Source: Vicugna vicugna (taxonomy: Eukaryota). From it: 64,000 nt of DNA. The stretch is taken from NCBI GenBank assembly GCA_013265495.1, contig MU060970.1, positions 11,237,063 to 11,301,062 of the forward strand, written 5' to 3'. Numbering within the stretch: position 1 is the stretch's first letter; the number at the start of each line of letters is the position of its first letter. The position numbers and the translations under genes were made by a program. Below, in pieces: positions 61,301 to 64,000 of the stretch. A model generated the notes under the pieces. That model was not told where the DNA came from. It searched no databases and worked only from the letters and a program-made list of their open reading frames with translations.

Positions 61301-62529
61301 TCCAGGCCTGGCTCTGTTGGCGTCTGTCCTCCACCGCTGTCTCCCAAATGCCAGAGGTGAGGCCAGCAAGCCAGCTTACGGGAGATAGGGAATTGCTTCC
61401 CATGGTTGTAGGCACAAGCGTGACTGCTGCAAGACACACCCTGGGGCAGAAAAGAAAACTGTCTGGTTCTCCCGGCTTCCCCACCTCAGCCAAGTTCAAG
61501 GTCATCTGCCAAGACCCCCAGGTTAGGGTTCCACATAACATATTGGCCGGGGTGGCCATTGGCTGTGTACCAGAAAAACAAGCAAAGGCTGGATTCTCTC
61601 TGGCTAAGGGGAGACAAAACAGCAGAAGGGAGAGGATGGCTAGAAAGCACTGGGTTTGGAGGGTGAGCTGCTGTCACTGAACATCTACTGTGCTGAGGTC
61701 ACTGCATACAACTCCATGACAACCTTACAAAGGGAGGAATTATTCCTGTTTTGTAGGTGAGAAATCCAAGGCTCAGAGAGGTTAAGTACCTTGCCCAAGG
61801 CCACCCAACTGGAAAGTGGGAAGGCTAGGATTTGAATCCAGACCTTGTGACTCTTAGCCACTACACGCAGATGCTCTCCTGGACTAGCTTCTGTGGCAGG
61901 CTGGCTGGGGTGGGCTTTCTCTGGCCTGGAAGAGAAGACGAGGGGACTGGGTTTCCACAGCCAGTAAACAGCAACATGGCCAGCCAGAGAGTTATTGTAA
62001 GAACCGCTGTCCTCCTGTAACCCTGTGTGGCCAGGCTTCCTGGGGGCCTTGTGGTCAAGCTCAGGGGGCAGGAAGAAGGGAAGGAGGGTCTACTGGGGTG
62101 GGAGCTCTGAATCTGTTTTCCTGCCCAAAGGGAGGGCCAGACTCGGGGGCCTGCAGCAGAAATGCCCAGCCCTCAACCTGCAGCTGGGGACGGGGAGGGG
62201 GAAACTAGGCCTCGGGAGCCTAGGGGAGGGCCGCTGGCAGCCTTCCCTTCTGGACCAAGCCCAGATGGGTTTCTCCTTGGCAAGGCAGGGACAGGTTGGG
62301 GGTAGAGAAGCAGAGAATGGACCCTGGCCAACCCCAAGTTCCCTCACTCCTAGGGAACATTGCTTCTGAGGGGCTATGGGACAGAATGTCCACCTACTGC
62401 TTGGTAGCCAGGTTCAGCAGGGCTCAAAAGGGAGGGGCAGTGCTGAGAAAGCCGGATCCTGGGGTTTGAAGCCCACCAGGTGTTCAAACAGGAGAGGGTA
62501 CTAACTGTCACCTAAGAGCGCAGCCCACG

Positions 62530-62587
62530 CCTCCCAGCACCACCTCACTGAACCCTCCCAGCACCACCTCACTGAACCCTCCCAGCA
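62530..62587. repeat. Perfect 24-bp tandem repeat, 2.4 copies (CCTCCCAGCACCACCTCACTGAAC)
   Basis: 62530..62553 is identical to 62554..62577, followed by a 10-nt partial copy. Confidence 0.95.
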
Positions 62588-62641
62588 ACCTGCCCAGAAG
62601 GAAGTCCTGGCCCTTCTTTCTCTTTTAATCAACTTACTTTT

Positions 62642-62843
62642 TTTTTTTTAATCCCACCAGAGTGGTTTTAAAAGTTTTATATTTGTTTGTTTATTTTTAT
62701 TTTACTTTTTTGGTTTGTTTTTGGAGGGGGAGATAATTAGGTTTATTTATTTACTTTTTTTTTTAATGGAAGTGCTGGGGATTGAACCCAGGACCTCGTG
62801 CATGCTAAACATGTGCTCTACCACTGAGCTATACCCTCTCCCC
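62642..62843 (-). mobile_element. Camelid vic-1-type SINE with extended tail, 17-bp TSD
   Basis: Minus strand ggggagagggtatagctcagtggtagagcacatgtttagcatgcacgaggtcctgggttcaatccccagcacttcc. TSD TTAATCAA(C/T)TTACTTTT at 62625..62641 and 62844..62860. Confidence 0.9.
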
Positions 62844-62860
62844 TTAATCAATTTACTTTT

Positions 62861-63310
62861 AATTTTAGAATAGCTTTTTTTCAGAAAAGGTGCAAGTACA
62901 GGGTTCCTTATTATTAACATCTGCCATTACTATGGTACATTTGTCACAATTCACAAACTAACACCGTCACATTATCACCTACTAAAGCCCATATTTTTTC
63001 AGGTCCCCCTAGTTTAGGGGCAATGTCCCCTTTTTTTGGCTATGGGATTGCATCCAGGACGGCACATTACATTTAGTCAACCTATTTCCTTCGACTGTTC
63101 CGGGCCATTTCTCCTCTCTGATGTTGACCTTGATCACCTGCGGAGAGGCTGCTTGCCAGGTTTCTCCACTGTAAAGTCACCCCCAAGCCCTTTCCATGCT
63201 CTGCTCTTTAGAAGGAAGTCACTATGCACAAGCCCACACTCCTGGAGTGGGAGTTAAAATCCATCTCCCCAAAGGCAAAGGATCTATATCAGTTATTTAA
63301 AATTCTTCTC
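62861..63310 (-). mobile_element. Old L1MC-type 3' region
   Basis: ttattaacatctgccattactatggtacatttgtcacaat...catccaggac.gcacattacatttagtc...tttctccactgtaaagt. Confidence 0.75.
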
Positions 63311-64000
63311 CCCAGACTCCTCCCCCCAAGGGTGGCTCAGCTCCAACCCCCTCCAGAAAGCCATCCTCTCTCCCCTCTCTCTCCTGCAGTCCACAGGGAT
63401 GCCGCCTCCTTCGGCACTGCCCTCCAAGATTCCCTAGAACAGGAGTCCGACTGTCATCCTAGGTATACACCAGGCACTCACTAAATGCTTAAAACTGCCC
63501 TGTATGTTTCAAATGGTTCCCTGGCCCTGAGATTTGAAGAAGCATTAAGGAAAGGGACCCAGTACAGATGAGTAAACCGAGGCACAGAGGAAGCCTGGAC
63601 CATCCAGGGCCCAGCAGCATGTGAGGGAGGGATGAGGAGCTTGCCTGCCATCTGGTGCTGCATGAATATTTATAGCACATCCCCAGTTAATGAAACATTA
63701 AACGGAGAGGCAGGATGCCCCTGAGCCATTCTCACAGCTGTCCTGAGTGCTACAGTGACGGGCCTGATCGGATCACTGTGAGTGCCACTGTCGGCTCTGC
63801 CCTCCTCCCTGGGTTAGCACAATGAGACTGTCCATCCTGAGAACCAGATCGCCTCTCTGATCCCGTCAGGCCAGCCCTGGCCCCAGAAACCAGGATCCGA
63901 AGTGGTCACAGGCAGGCAGGAGCTGAGAGGGGAGAACAAACAGACACCCTTTCTTACTGGCTTTATGAAATCCCTGAGGGAATTAGTGCTTCAAGCATCC

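Noticed and set aside
62530-62587. CRISPR-like repeat
   Set aside because: No spacers, only 2.4 contiguous units, no cas genes, mammalian context
57310-64000. Search for ADAMTS14 exon 4 (furin site/prodomain end) or a nested gene
   Set aside because: No matching peptide found in any frame; the region reads as intron with MIR, L1 and SINE relics

Overview
This is mammalian genomic DNA, almost certainly camelid: it has two vic-1-type tRNA-derived SINEs and I saw no ruminant or pig SINEs. It holds the 3' ends of two convergent spliced genes. TBATA (+ strand) contributes its last six coding exons, join(790..869,2018..2194,4131..4212,5009..5153,6675..6724,7734..7816). ADAMTS14 (- strand) contributes exons 5-22, from 57309 to the stop at 28152. 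All traced exons have GT-AG boundaries and consistent phases; exon 14 is hidden exactly under an N-run at 43620..43759. The rest is intron and intergenic DNA with L1, L2, MIR, hAT/Tigger and LTR relics. I found no evidence of a wholly new multi-gene system, CRISPR array or RNA gene. The best leads are: (i) a CpG-rich open frame with splice signals in a TBATA intron; (ii) both SINEs carrying 3' flanking sequence inside their target-site duplications, one of them a degenerate L1 RT fragment; (iii) three miR-29 seed sites and a non-canonical poly(A) site in the ADAMTS14 3' UTR; (iv) a one-codon deletion in the ADAMTS14 PLAC domain; (v) candidate CTCF and STAT sites. Comparisons with human or paralog proteins, exon numbers and repeat subfamily names are from memory and need database confirmation.
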